From: Gemmatimonadota bacterium
GTDB lineage: Bacteria; Gemmatimonadota; Gemmatimonadetes; Palauibacterales; Palauibacteraceae
NCBI GenBank assembly: GCA_039589195.1
Contig: JBDHHV010000001.1
Coordinates: 59,634 to 123,633, forward strand
Direction of reading: 5' to 3'
DNA length: 64,000 bases
Made by a program: the position numbers and the translations under genes. Of this stretch, positions 30,261 to 39,180 are shown in pieces. Position 1 is the first letter of the stretch. Every line of letters starts with the position of its first letter. The notes beneath the pieces were generated by a model. The model saw only the letters and a program-made list of their open reading frames with translations, was not told where the DNA came from and did not search any database.

Positions 30261-31285
30261 GCGAGGGGAGCCAGGCACGCCGCGTCGTTCTCCTCGGTCC
30301 GCAGACGCCGGTCGCCACGCTGAGCTCGGTTCGAGCCGATCTGGTGAAGGACGGCACGCTGGGCGCCGGAGACGCGGTGCCGACGATCACCGCGGGCTGG
30401 CAGGAGCGTGAATCGGAGGATTCGGAACTCGATGTCGAGCTGGCCGGGCGCTCCCGAAACCTGCGACTTTACGAGCGCGCGTCCGAGGTGAACGAAGAGG
30501 ACCCCGAACTCGCCACGGCTCACCGCACAGTCCAGGACCGACTCAAGCTCCTGAGACGCGCCTATAATCTGAGACTCGCCCACTTGATCGAGGCCTGGCG
30601 GGAGATCGGAGGGCTCGACGGGAACCCCGAGTTGCTGTTGGAAGAGCGCAGCGCGGCTCTCGAGACGATCCGGTCTCTGGATGCGCGGCACCTCGAACGC
30701 GTTCGCGAGCTGAGAGCGGAGCTCGATCGCGTCCACTCGCCGCAGACGCGCAAGTCCGTTCGGCGCCACCGGGACGAGATCCTCGGCTTGCTGGAAGACG
30801 CACCCGTCGTCGCCATTGCGGGCGGGCACATCGCCACCCTTCTGAACCGCCTGCGCCTGTTCGACCTGCGTGAGCCTCTGGCGGACAGGACGCTGGTAGC
30901 GTGGTCCGCGGGAGCGATGGTTCTGGGGTCGCGGATCATGCTGTTTCACGATCGGCCGCCTCAGGGATCCGGCAACGCCGAGGCGTTCGAGAACGGCCTC
31001 GGGCTGTTCCCCGATCTGATCCCGTTCCCGCACGCGGCGCGCCGCCTCCGGCTCGACGACCCCGTTCGCACGGGACGCCTGGCGCGCCGCCTCGCACCGA
31101 GCGCGTGTGCGCTGCTCGATCCGGAGACGCGACTCGATTGGAGCACGGATGGGTGGCGGGCGGTCTCCGCCGGTGACCGACTCACGGATGACGGAAAGCG
31201 CGTGTCGTTGGATGGCTGGGGTCGCGAGGGCCGGTCAGGACGTGCGGCGAGGCACGGTCGCGCCAAGAGAGGGAAGCGACGGTGA
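30257..31285 (+). CDS. Class I GATase-like / peptidase S51 (PepE/cyanophycinase-like) serine hydrolase
   Basis: GTGA overlap with upstream gene; ITAGWQERE, IAGGHIATL, WSAGAM nucleophile, GLGLFPDLIPFPH. Confidence 0.7.
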   Translation: MSEGSQARRVVLLGPQTPVATLSSVRADLVKDGTLGAGDAVPTITAGWQERESEDSELDVELAGRSRNLRLYERASEVNEEDPELATAHRTVQDRLKLLRRAYNLRLAHLIEAWREIGGLDGNPELLLEERSAALETIRSLDARHLERVRELRAELDRVHSPQTRKSVRRHRDEILGLLEDAPVVAIAGGHIATLLNRLRLFDLREPLADRTLVAWSAGAMVLGSRIMLFHDRPPQGSGNAEAFENGLGLFPDLIPFPHAARRLRLDDPVRTGRLARRLAPSACALLDPETRLDWSTDGWRAVSAGDRLTDDGKRVSLDGWGREGRSGRAARHGRAKRGKRR

Positions 31286-32487
31286 ACGGCGAGGCTCGTG
31301 AGCGGTTGCTGAGCCCGACCCCGGGTCACGGAGGCGAAGAGCCGATGCCCGATTCGCCGGCCATCGCAGAGCTCGTGATGGCGGGCGACCTGGATGCGGG
31401 TCGAATCGATGCGTTCCTGGAAGCGCGCAGCTTCCCGATCGCCGAGCCACCGAACTACACGTTCGTGTACCGCGGCTCCGCCGCCGACGTGCACCTGCGC
31501 CACTGGATCTACGGGTTACCGGCATCTCAACCCTTCCGGCGTCTCGGCGCGTCGGACCTCTGGTATCGAACCGTCGAGTTGCCCGACGGTTCCAGGGTGG
31601 AATACAAGCTCGAGATCCTCGAGCACGGGCAGGTTCGCTGGATCGAGGACCCTCTCAACCCGCACCGTGCCCGCGACCCGTTTGGCGCGAACTCGGTCGT
31701 GACCGCACACGGATACGAGGTTCCGGAGTGGACACAGGTCGATCCCGATGCGCGGCCCGGCACGCTCGAGGAGCGGAGCGTGGACAGCCACGAGCTGGGT
31801 GAGACGCGTCGCGTCAGCGTCTACCTGCCCGCCCGCTACCGAGTGCAGCGGCGCTACCCGCTCCTCGTGGTCCACGATGGGGGCGACTATCTGGAGTACG
31901 CGAGCCTGCGGACCGTGTTGGACAACCTGATCCACCGTCTCGAGATTCCGTCGATGGTCGTCGCGCTCGTGCACCCCGGAGCGCGCATGCGGGAATACGC
32001 CGCCCTCGAAGCCCACTCGCGGTTTCTCTCGCGCGAGCTGGTCCCGGCATTGGAAGCGGAGTTCCCGCTGCTCGGCACGCCGGACGGCCGCGGCATTCTC
32101 GGGGCGAGTCTCGGTGCCGTGGCCTCGCTGGCCGCCGCGTCTCACGAGCCCGGGTTCTGGGGGAAGCTCCTGCTGCAGTCCGGCTCGTTCGCGTTCACGG
32201 ATATCGGAGATAATCCTCGCGGTCCCGTGTTCGACCCCATCGTCGAGTTCATGAACGGATACCGAGCGAAGCCTACCGCCGTGACGCGGCAGGTATTCCT
32301 GTCAGCCGGCGTGTACGAGTCGCTGGTGTACGAAAACCGCTCGTTGGTTCCGATCCTGAGATCGACCGGCATGCAGGTGCGGTACGTCGAAGCCCGAGAC
32401 GGTCACAACTGGGAGAACTGGCGTGACCGCCTCAGGGAAGGGCTCTCGTGGTTGTTCCCCGGACCCCTGTGGATGGTGTACGAGTGA
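31282..32487 (+). CDS. Fes/enterochelin-esterase-like alpha/beta hydrolase with N-terminal CBM48/early-set-like domain
   Basis: TFVYRG...LWYRTVELPDGSRVEYKL...WIEDPLNP N-terminal module; VYLPA, HDGGDY, GASLGA, GHNWENW. Confidence 0.82.
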   Translation: MNGEARERLLSPTPGHGGEEPMPDSPAIAELVMAGDLDAGRIDAFLEARSFPIAEPPNYTFVYRGSAADVHLRHWIYGLPASQPFRRLGASDLWYRTVELPDGSRVEYKLEILEHGQVRWIEDPLNPHRARDPFGANSVVTAHGYEVPEWTQVDPDARPGTLEERSVDSHELGETRRVSVYLPARYRVQRRYPLLVVHDGGDYLEYASLRTVLDNLIHRLEIPSMVVALVHPGARMREYAALEAHSRFLSRELVPALEAEFPLLGTPDGRGILGASLGAVASLAAASHEPGFWGKLLLQSGSFAFTDIGDNPRGPVFDPIVEFMNGYRAKPTAVTRQVFLSAGVYESLVYENRSLVPILRSTGMQVRYVEARDGHNWENWRDRLREGLSWLFPGPLWMVYE

Positions 32488-32559
32488 GCCGATACGAAGG
32501 GCGCCCGCTCCCGGTCGCGAGCGCGGCCCCAACGCGGGCCCAAGCGCGGGGTGCCCGCC

Positions 32560-33798
32560 TTGGCTGAGGTCACGCGTCGGATCGGGCTGTCGCTCGGGGC
32601 CGATATCTGCTGGCCGATCTGCTACCAGGAGATCCTGCGGCAGCTCGACCTGGCGATCCCGTGGCAGGGCGACACGGTCCGATTCGAGGTGGAGCGCGTT
32701 ACGATCGAGCCGTTCGACCTGCGCCAACCGTGCCGCTATGACGTGGTGATCGATCGCCTGACGCACTGGTATCACACCACGCGGGAATGGATCAAGAAGG
32801 CCGTGATGCTCGACGGGCTGTACGTGTTCAATAACCCGTGGAGCGTCCAGTCGATGGAAAAGCAGACCACGTACTGCGCCATGATGCGCCTGGGTCTCCC
32901 CATCCCGAACACCTGGCTCGTTCCCCCGAAGTCGTACGACCCGAAGGAAGACCTTCAAGTCACGCTCGAGCGGTACGCGCGGATGTTCGATCTAGGCGAG
33001 ATCGGGCGTTCCCTCGGCTACCCGTTGTTTATCAAACCGTATGACGGAGGAGGCTGGAAGGGGGTCTCGAGGATCGACGATGAGGAGGCGTTGCGCGCCG
33101 CCTACGAGGAGAGCGGGGTGTTCGTCATGCACCTCCAGGGTGCGATCGAGCCTCACGACCTGTTCGTGCGCTGCATCGGACTGGGGCCTCAAACCCACAT
33201 GGTCAGGTACGATCCCGAGGCACCGCTTCACGATCGCTACACGATGAGCCGGGGCTTTCTCGAGCGGGAGGACGAGGCGCTGATCCGCGATCTCACCCTC
33301 ACGATCAACACGTTCTTCGGGTGGGACTTCAACTCCTGCGAAGCGCTCCAGAGCGGCGGCACGTGGCACCCGATCGACTTCGCCAACCCGTGTCCCGATT
33401 CGCAGGTCACGTCGCTTCATTACCACTTCCCGTGGCTGATCCAGGCCAACATCCGGTGGTCCGTTTTCTGCGCGGCCACCAGGCGGCGGATGCGGACGAA
33501 CCTGGATTGGCAACCGTATTTCGACGCGTGTGAGGAAGGGATGAGCCTGGGAGAGCGCCTGCGGGCCTGCGCATCGATCGCGCACCAACGGCTCGAGGCG
33601 GACCGTTTCGAGGAGTTCTGCTCGGTCCACCTCGCGCACCTCGATCAGGTCGCGGACGAGTTCTTCGGCTCCGAGACGGCCCACGACGCCGTGTGTCAGA
33701 AGGTCCGAGAGTTGTACCCTGCGGCCGAGGTCGAAGAGTTCACGGAGCTGTTCTGGCAGCGGATCCAGAAGGCGCGTGCAGATGGAATCGACGCCTAG
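32560..33798 (+). CDS. RimK/glutathione-synthetase-like ATP-grasp ligase (paralog D)
   Basis: DVVIDRLTHW, YVFNNP, YPLFIKPYDGGGWKGVSRI, FNSCE, IDFANPCPD; TTG start inferred. Confidence 0.82.
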   Translation: MAEVTRRIGLSLGADICWPICYQEILRQLDLAIPWQGDTVRFEVERVTIEPFDLRQPCRYDVVIDRLTHWYHTTREWIKKAVMLDGLYVFNNPWSVQSMEKQTTYCAMMRLGLPIPNTWLVPPKSYDPKEDLQVTLERYARMFDLGEIGRSLGYPLFIKPYDGGGWKGVSRIDDEEALRAAYEESGVFVMHLQGAIEPHDLFVRCIGLGPQTHMVRYDPEAPLHDRYTMSRGFLEREDEALIRDLTLTINTFFGWDFNSCEALQSGGTWHPIDFANPCPDSQVTSLHYHFPWLIQANIRWSVFCAATRRRMRTNLDWQPYFDACEEGMSLGERLRACASIAHQRLEADRFEEFCSVHLAHLDQVADEFFGSETAHDAVCQKVRELYPAAEVEEFTELFWQRIQKARADGIDA

Positions 33799-34118
33799 GA
33801 GGCTGCTGACAAACCCTGGTGGGTCGCGCGCAGGGATCTCGCGCGGTTCAGGCAAGGAACGAGGACGAGTCGTAGCCAAGGCTACGGCGAGGAGGAGAGA
33901 CGATGGATCAACCGCGCGACCCCTGCGCCGATCAGCAAGCGTGGCGCGGTCACACAAGTAGGACGGTTACGGCGGGACAGCCCCGTCTTCGGACCCACCC
34001 TTCGGGTGGGTACCCCTAGGACTCCTCGACGTAGCTATGGCTATGCCTTCGTCGCCCCGCCTTGGATCCGGGGCTGTCGCGTCCGTAACGCGACCCGCCA
34101 GGGTTTCTCAGCAGCCTC
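33799..34118. mobile_element. MITE (non-autonomous, IS5/IS1182-like ends), 320 bp
   Basis: 30-bp terminal inverted repeats GAGGCTGCTGACAAACCCTGGTGGGTCGCG / CGCGACCCGCCAGGGTTTCTCAGCAGCCTC (2 mismatches), flanked by CTAG at 33795-33798 and 34119-34122; no transposase. Confidence 0.85.
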
Positions 34119-34180
34119 CTAGCGTGCTGCTGAAGACCTCCGGCAGCCTGCTTCGTCAGAAAACGAGCGGAAGGGAATAG

Positions 34181-34939
34181 ATGAAGGCGAGCACCGGTTG
34201 GCACTCGGGGCGTCTGGATCAGCGGATCACCGTGGTGCGATGGGGTGAGATCGGCACACCGGTCCTCCTCTTCCCGACGGCCGGCGGAGACGCCGAGGAG
34301 ATCGAACGGTTCCTGGTGATCGACACGCTTGCCGAGTACATGGAGGCGGGGCGAATCAAAATCTACTCATGCGATAGCGTGGCGGGACGCGTGATGCTCG
34401 GAAAGGAAGGGACACCCGAGCACCAGATGCGCGTGATGAACCGCTTCCAGAACTTCGTCTACCACGAGCTAGTGCCCGCAATCCGGGAGGATTGTCACAC
34501 CGAGGATATCGGTATCATCGCGGCGGGTGCCTCCATCGGCGCTTTCAACGCGCTCGCCGTCCTGTGCCGGTATCCCGACGTGTTCACGCACGCATTGTGC
34601 ATGAGTGGGACGTACGACCTGCAGCGCTTTCTCGAGGCAGGGCCGACGGAGGACTTCTACTTCTCGTCGCCGCTGCACTACCTGCCCGATCTGGAAGGTC
34701 CGGCGCTCGAGGCCCTGCGCATGCGCTACGTGTTGCTCGCGTCGGGTAGGGGAAAGGCGGAGGACATCACGGAATCGTGGCGGGTCGCGGCGCTCCTGGG
34801 ACGCAAGGGCGTGCCGAATCGGTTGGACGATTGGGGGGAGGATTGGCCCCACGACTGGCCCACGTGGCGCAACATGCTGCATCGGTACCTGGACGAGTTG
34901 GTGCCCCCCGCCGAATCCGCGACGGAAACCGGGGCCTGA
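34181..34939 (+). CDS. Putative esterase (alpha/beta hydrolase)
   Basis: WGEIGTPVLLFPTAGGD, YSCDSV, GASIGA nucleophile, MSGTYD, HDWPTW. Confidence 0.85.
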   Translation: MKASTGWHSGRLDQRITVVRWGEIGTPVLLFPTAGGDAEEIERFLVIDTLAEYMEAGRIKIYSCDSVAGRVMLGKEGTPEHQMRVMNRFQNFVYHELVPAIREDCHTEDIGIIAAGASIGAFNALAVLCRYPDVFTHALCMSGTYDLQRFLEAGPTEDFYFSSPLHYLPDLEGPALEALRMRYVLLASGRGKAEDITESWRVAALLGRKGVPNRLDDWGEDWPHDWPTWRNMLHRYLDELVPPAESATETGA

Positions 34940-34969
34940 CAGGTCGCCGGAGGCTGTCGGCGACCGGAG

Positions 34970-37174
34970 TCAAACAGTCGGCGGATCGTCACCGGGGCTC
35001 ACCCCCATCAGCCCCGGCACGTAGTAATCCCGTGCGTAGTCCTGTACCATCCGCCGAGCCGTGAACTGTCGTGCCGCCACCATCAGCGCGGTCTTCATGC
35101 GGCGGATCCAGCCCACGGGTATCCCGCTGGGATCTCGATCGTAGAAAAGTGGGATCACCTCTTCTTCCAGCAGACGGTAGAGGTGCTCGGCATCCAGGGC
35201 GTCCGCTTCTTCGTCGGCTTGCTCTTCGTCCTCGTCGCGCGGTGCGGGCGGGATCGACCAGCCGTTCAGCCCCGTGAATCCTTCTTCCCACCACCCGTCC
35301 GTGGTGCCCAGCTGAGGCACGCCGTTCAAGGCTGCCTTCATGCCGCTGGTCCCGCTCGCCTCGAGGGGTACGCGGGGGAGGTTCACCCACAGGTCGACTC
35401 CTTCGACGAGGCGGTGCGCGACGTGGAGCCCGTAGTCTTCCAGAAATGCGATACGACCCTCGAAGCGTTGATCACGAGTGTGCGAGTAAACGGCCTGCAG
35501 AACCTCCTTGCCGCGCTCGTCCTGCGGGTGAGCCTTACCTGCGAATATGAGCTGAACCGGTCGCCAGCGGTCAGAGAGAAGCCCGAGGAAGCGCTCGACC
35601 TCCCTGAAGATGAGATCGGCCCGCTTGTAGGCCGCGAACCGTCGGGCGAAACCGATCGTGAGAGGGAAGGGGCTCAGGAGCGTCCCGGCGCCCACGAGGT
35701 GGGCGGCTTCCTTCCAGTGATCGCGCCAGCGTCGCCGGGCCTCCTCTCGTATGAAATCGATAAGCCCGATCTTCAGTCGCTGGTGGACCGCCCACAACTC
35801 CGGGTCGGGGATGTCGAGGATGCCCTCCCACATCTCCGGCTCGTCGAGACGGAGCCCCCAGTCCTTCCCGAGGTGGCTGTCCAGCAGGGCCATCACTTTG
35901 TTGTTCATCCAATTCGCGAGGTGGACTCCGTTCGTCACGTGACCGATCGGAACCTCCTCCTCGGGGCGACCCTTCCACAGGCTATGCCAGATGTCACGGG
36001 TGACCTTCCCGTGGCGCTCGGACACACCGTTCACGCGCCGTGAAAGACGGATGCCGGCCGCCGTCATGTGAAAGCGTCCGCCGTCCAGCTCCGGGTGTTC
36101 GCCGAACCGGAGGAGCTCGTCCGGGGAACCCAGCTCATCCCAATACGAGCCCGCCCACTCCTGAATCTGGGCTTGAGTGAAGATGTCGTGTCCGGCCGGT
36201 ACCGGCGTGTGGGTCGTGAACACGCTGCTCGCCCTTACACGCTCGACCGCCTCATCCAGCGGCACATCCTGCTTCACGAGCTGTCGAACCCGCTCGACCA
36301 GCATGAAGGCGGCGTGTCCCTCGTTGGCGTGCCATGCGCAGGGCTCGACCCCCAGAGCCTTCAGTACGCGCACGCCTCCGACACCCAACAGCCCTTCCTG
36401 TCTCAGCCGGAGATCGGCGCCTCCGGCGTATAGCTTGTGGGACAGCTCTCGGTCCGCGCCCTTGTTCTCGTCCAGATCCGTGTCCAGCAGGTAGATCGAG
36501 ACGCGACCCACACGCACCCGCCAGGCCCCGACATAGACGTTACGGCCCGAACTGTAGATTGAAGTGAGGTACGGCTCGCCGTTCGGTCCCGAGAGTGGCT
36601 CGAGGGCTGTCCGCGCCGGGTCGAACGTCTCGTCTCCGTCCTCCTGCCAACCATCCAGTCGCAGAGCCTGGTCGAAATACCCCCGCGTGTAGAGCAGACC
36701 GACCCCGACCAGCGGCACCCCGAGATCCGACGCGGCCTTGCAGTGGACTCCGGCCAGCACCCCCAGCCCGCCGGAATAGATGGGGACGGAGTTGTGCAGC
36801 CCGAACTCTGCGCAGAAATACGCGATGGGCTTGTCGAGATGCTCGGGGTAGTGCTGCGCGAACCAGGTGTGCTCCGAGGTCGACTCGTGCTCGACGGTCG
36901 CGATGACGGCTTCGTAGCGCTCGAGAAAACCCCTGTCCTCCGCCAGGGCGGCGAGCCGTTCGGGCTTCACCCGCAGGAGGAGATCCACCGGGTTATGGCG
37001 GGTCATGCGCCACAAGGGGAGATCGATGGACCGAAACAGATCGCGTGCGTCGCGGTCCCACGTCCACGCCAGATTGAGCGCCACCTCCCAGAGCTTGGCG
37101 ATGCGTTGCGGCATCTCGGGTCGCTCGCGGGGTATCGTCGCCGCGAGCCGCGACCGCGTCTTCCGTTTCGCCAT
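34970..37174 (-). CDS. glgP: Alpha-glucan (glycogen/maltodextrin) phosphorylase
   Basis: AYFCAEFGLH, YSGGLGVLAG, HANEGHAAF, FTTHTPVPAGHD, VTNGVH, FARRFAAYKR, EASGTSGMKAALNG. Confidence 0.95.
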   Translation of the reverse strand: MAKRKTRSRLAATIPRERPEMPQRIAKLWEVALNLAWTWDRDARDLFRSIDLPLWRMTRHNPVDLLLRVKPERLAALAEDRGFLERYEAVIATVEHESTSEHTWFAQHYPEHLDKPIAYFCAEFGLHNSVPIYSGGLGVLAGVHCKAASDLGVPLVGVGLLYTRGYFDQALRLDGWQEDGDETFDPARTALEPLSGPNGEPYLTSIYSSGRNVYVGAWRVRVGRVSIYLLDTDLDENKGADRELSHKLYAGGADLRLRQEGLLGVGGVRVLKALGVEPCAWHANEGHAAFMLVERVRQLVKQDVPLDEAVERVRASSVFTTHTPVPAGHDIFTQAQIQEWAGSYWDELGSPDELLRFGEHPELDGGRFHMTAAGIRLSRRVNGVSERHGKVTRDIWHSLWKGRPEEEVPIGHVTNGVHLANWMNNKVMALLDSHLGKDWGLRLDEPEMWEGILDIPDPELWAVHQRLKIGLIDFIREEARRRWRDHWKEAAHLVGAGTLLSPFPLTIGFARRFAAYKRADLIFREVERFLGLLSDRWRPVQLIFAGKAHPQDERGKEVLQAVYSHTRDQRFEGRIAFLEDYGLHVAHRLVEGVDLWVNLPRVPLEASGTSGMKAALNGVPQLGTTDGWWEEGFTGLNGWSIPPAPRDEDEEQADEEADALDAEHLYRLLEEEVIPLFYDRDPSGIPVGWIRRMKTALMVAARQFTARRMVQDYARDYYVPGLMGVSPGDDPPTV

Positions 37175-37276
37175 TCCCCTCCCATCCATGCCTGGCGGTT
37201 CGAGCCGACCTGTGACGGCCGGGTAACGATCGGGCCGGAAACTATGAGATTCGCGCACTCGTGCCAGGTGGGGAGC

Positions 37277-37308
37277 AAGAAGAAGGCCCCGCCGGTCTGG
37301 CGGGGCCC
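37277..37308 (-). terminator. Rho-independent terminator after the DUF4382 gene
   Basis: Minus strand GGCCCCGCC-AGACC-GGCGGGGCC 9-bp stem followed by TTCTTCTT. Confidence 0.65.
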
Positions 37309-37359
37309 GTGATCATCGCGGCCGGAGGCTCGGGTCGTACGGTGCCCGAGTCGCGATTA

Positions 37360-38040
37360 CTACCTCTTGTGCATGACGGGACTGAGCTGGAAGCCGTTGG
37401 TGTTCCAGATCAGGGATCCTATCGAGGCGGTCGTGGAGAGCTCGAGCACGATGGCCTCCGTCCCTCCGCCGATCACTTCCACCCGGTCCATCAGGATCTT
37501 GTACCCCGTTTCCGCAGCGCTCGGGATGGTGACGTCGTAGACACCGGGATCCAGGTCCTGGCCACCCACGTTGATCGTCTGCGCGAGCGTCAGGGTCGAG
37601 CTCGTGAAGAAGAGCCGTACCTGGTTGTAGAAACCGGCCACGAGCAACCCGTTGGCGACCTCTACTCCGCCCGTGCTCGGGAGGCTCAGGAGGTCGAGGG
37701 GCGTCTCGGCCAGGTCGAGCGTGACCCAGCCTGCTTCCGCCCCATCACCTTCGGTCCCTTCACCGCCTTCAGCACCCTGGGTTCCCTCGGCCTCATCTCC
37801 GGCCTGGTGAACGTCGACGCGTGTCACGATGAGATCGATCGATCCAACCGCCCCGACGGGCACGTCACCCAAGCTCAGGCGCAGCCCGGCGGGCACCTCG
37901 GAGGCGGCGACCGACCCGTCACCCGCGAGCAGAACGCTGGCCTGTCCCGTCTCCGGTCCGGTCGCGTCGCTGCACGCGCTATGCGCCACTGCCCCGGTCA
38001 GAAGCAGCACGGCCAGCACAGTCTGGTATCGTCTGAGCAT
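37360..38040 (-). CDS. DUF4382-like lipoprotein
   Basis: Lipobox HSAC; VTRVDVH...WVTL...LDLLSL...GFYNQVRL...IPSAAETGYKI...FQLSPV pattern. Confidence 0.7.
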   Translation of the reverse strand: MLRRYQTVLAVLLLTGAVAHSACSDATGPETGQASVLLAGDGSVAASEVPAGLRLSLGDVPVGAVGSIDLIVTRVDVHQAGDEAEGTQGAEGGEGTEGDGAEAGWVTLDLAETPLDLLSLPSTGGVEVANGLLVAGFYNQVRLFFTSSTLTLAQTINVGGQDLDPGVYDVTIPSAAETGYKILMDRVEVIGGGTEAIVLELSTTASIGSLIWNTNGFQLSPVMHKR

Positions 38041-38215
38041 TCTCCACCTCTCGCAAATAGCGGGTGGGGGATCCCAAATGCGCCCCCCGAAACATCAGAA
38101 CCGGAGGATCCCTGCGCAAGAGACGTACCGGGCGTAAGAGCCGCCCGGAAAGACCGGATGAAGGGCGAAACGCCCAGGACTGCGGGTGCTATCGCGACAC
38201 GGGACCGTGAAGGGT

Positions 38216-38713
38216 TTATCGACCCGGATAAAATGGAAGACCCCCACGCGCCGCCCCTTCTCCCGGCTGCGTCGCGGTATCCGCGGGGGCGAACCCGCGG
38301 TCACGAGCCCGCGGCCCCCGGGGACCCCTCCGCCGGGGCATCATCTCGTCGAGTCCTTCTTGTTGCTCTGGCGTGAGGACTTCCCGGATCTCCGCCCGCG
38401 TCGCTTCCATGATCGCGTTCAAACGGGGCATGACCAGGCGCAGGATCGAGTCCGTCTCCGGCTGCCTGCGCTCCAGGATGGCCTGGATCTCGGCGCGCTG
38501 CTCCGAAGTCAGATCGAAGCCGTCGAGTTGCGGCGGCAAGACACCGCGGCGCCCGAACTGGGCGGGCATGCGTGTCGTGGCTGCCCGCTCGCCCGAAACC
38601 GAGCGGGTATGCTCGATGGCGATCCCCGCGAGCCCTCCGCTCACGAAGGCCAGGCCAAGCAGCAGGAGACCCTGCAGGCGAAGCCGACCGAGTGATTCGA
38701 CTCCCTTCTTCAC
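38216..38713 (-). CDS. Spy/CpxP-like periplasmic accessory protein
   Basis: GTGA overlap with the anti-sigma gene; TM helix, then LTSEQRAEI...IREVLTPEQQ (LTxxQ motifs). Confidence 0.78.
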   Translation of the reverse strand: MKKGVESLGRLRLQGLLLLGLAFVSGGLAGIAIEHTRSVSGERAATTRMPAQFGRRGVLPPQLDGFDLTSEQRAEIQAILERRQPETDSILRLVMPRLNAIMEATRAEIREVLTPEQQEGLDEMMPRRRGPRGPRARDRGFAPADTATQPGEGAARGGLPFYPGR

Positions 38714-39180
38714 TGTTCCTCCTCGGAGAAAACCAGCTCCGCCGGTCCCGGGATGTCTCCGCCCGCGACCCAGTTCGCCATATACGCGGGGACCCCCAAC
38801 GCCTGCGCCAGCTGCGCGTCCGCCGACCCGGCCTCGGTGGAGGGACGCTCGATGAACCTGAGAGTAGCCAGGGAGGCGAGGGTGATGGCGGCTGCTACGG
38901 GCCACAGCACCCGCTGCCAGCCTCGAATGACTCTCACCACCTGGATCGCGGGCTCGTCGAAGATCCCGATCGCAGGACCCGCCGCCTGGCCGCCCCGGCG
39001 TGCGAGCTCGCCCGCGGCCCGGGCCGCTATGCTCCGGACCAGAGGCTCGAACCGACCCGGGTCCGCAGTCGGGTCCAGCGCGCTCAGGTCGATGCGATCC
39101 GGCATTTCGGAGTCCTCATCCGAACCGTGCGGGCCGGCGTTTCCGAATCCGTCACCGGTGGTGTGGAGATCCTCATCCAT
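38710..39180 (-). CDS. Putative single-TM anti-sigma factor
   Basis: Overlaps the ECF sigma stop; acidic N-terminus, one TM (VLWPVAAAITLASLA). Confidence 0.65.
   Translation of the reverse strand: MDEDLHTTGDGFGNAGPHGSDEDSEMPDRIDLSALDPTADPGRFEPLVRSIAARAAGELARRGGQAAGPAIGIFDEPAIQVVRVIRGWQRVLWPVAAAITLASLATLRFIERPSTEAGSADAQLAQALGVPAYMANWVAGGDIPGPAELVFSEEEQ

Noticed and set aside
31282-32487. Siderophore (enterobactin) esterase function
   Set aside because: No TonB receptor or iron-uptake genes are nearby; the context is glycogen/ATP-grasp, so the Fes label reflects fold only.
32505-32550. GC-rich short repeats (CCCAACGCGGG / CCCAAGCGCGGG) between the esterase and the ATP-grasp gene
   Set aside because: Only two imperfect copies; compatible with chance in high-GC DNA or a small slippage event.
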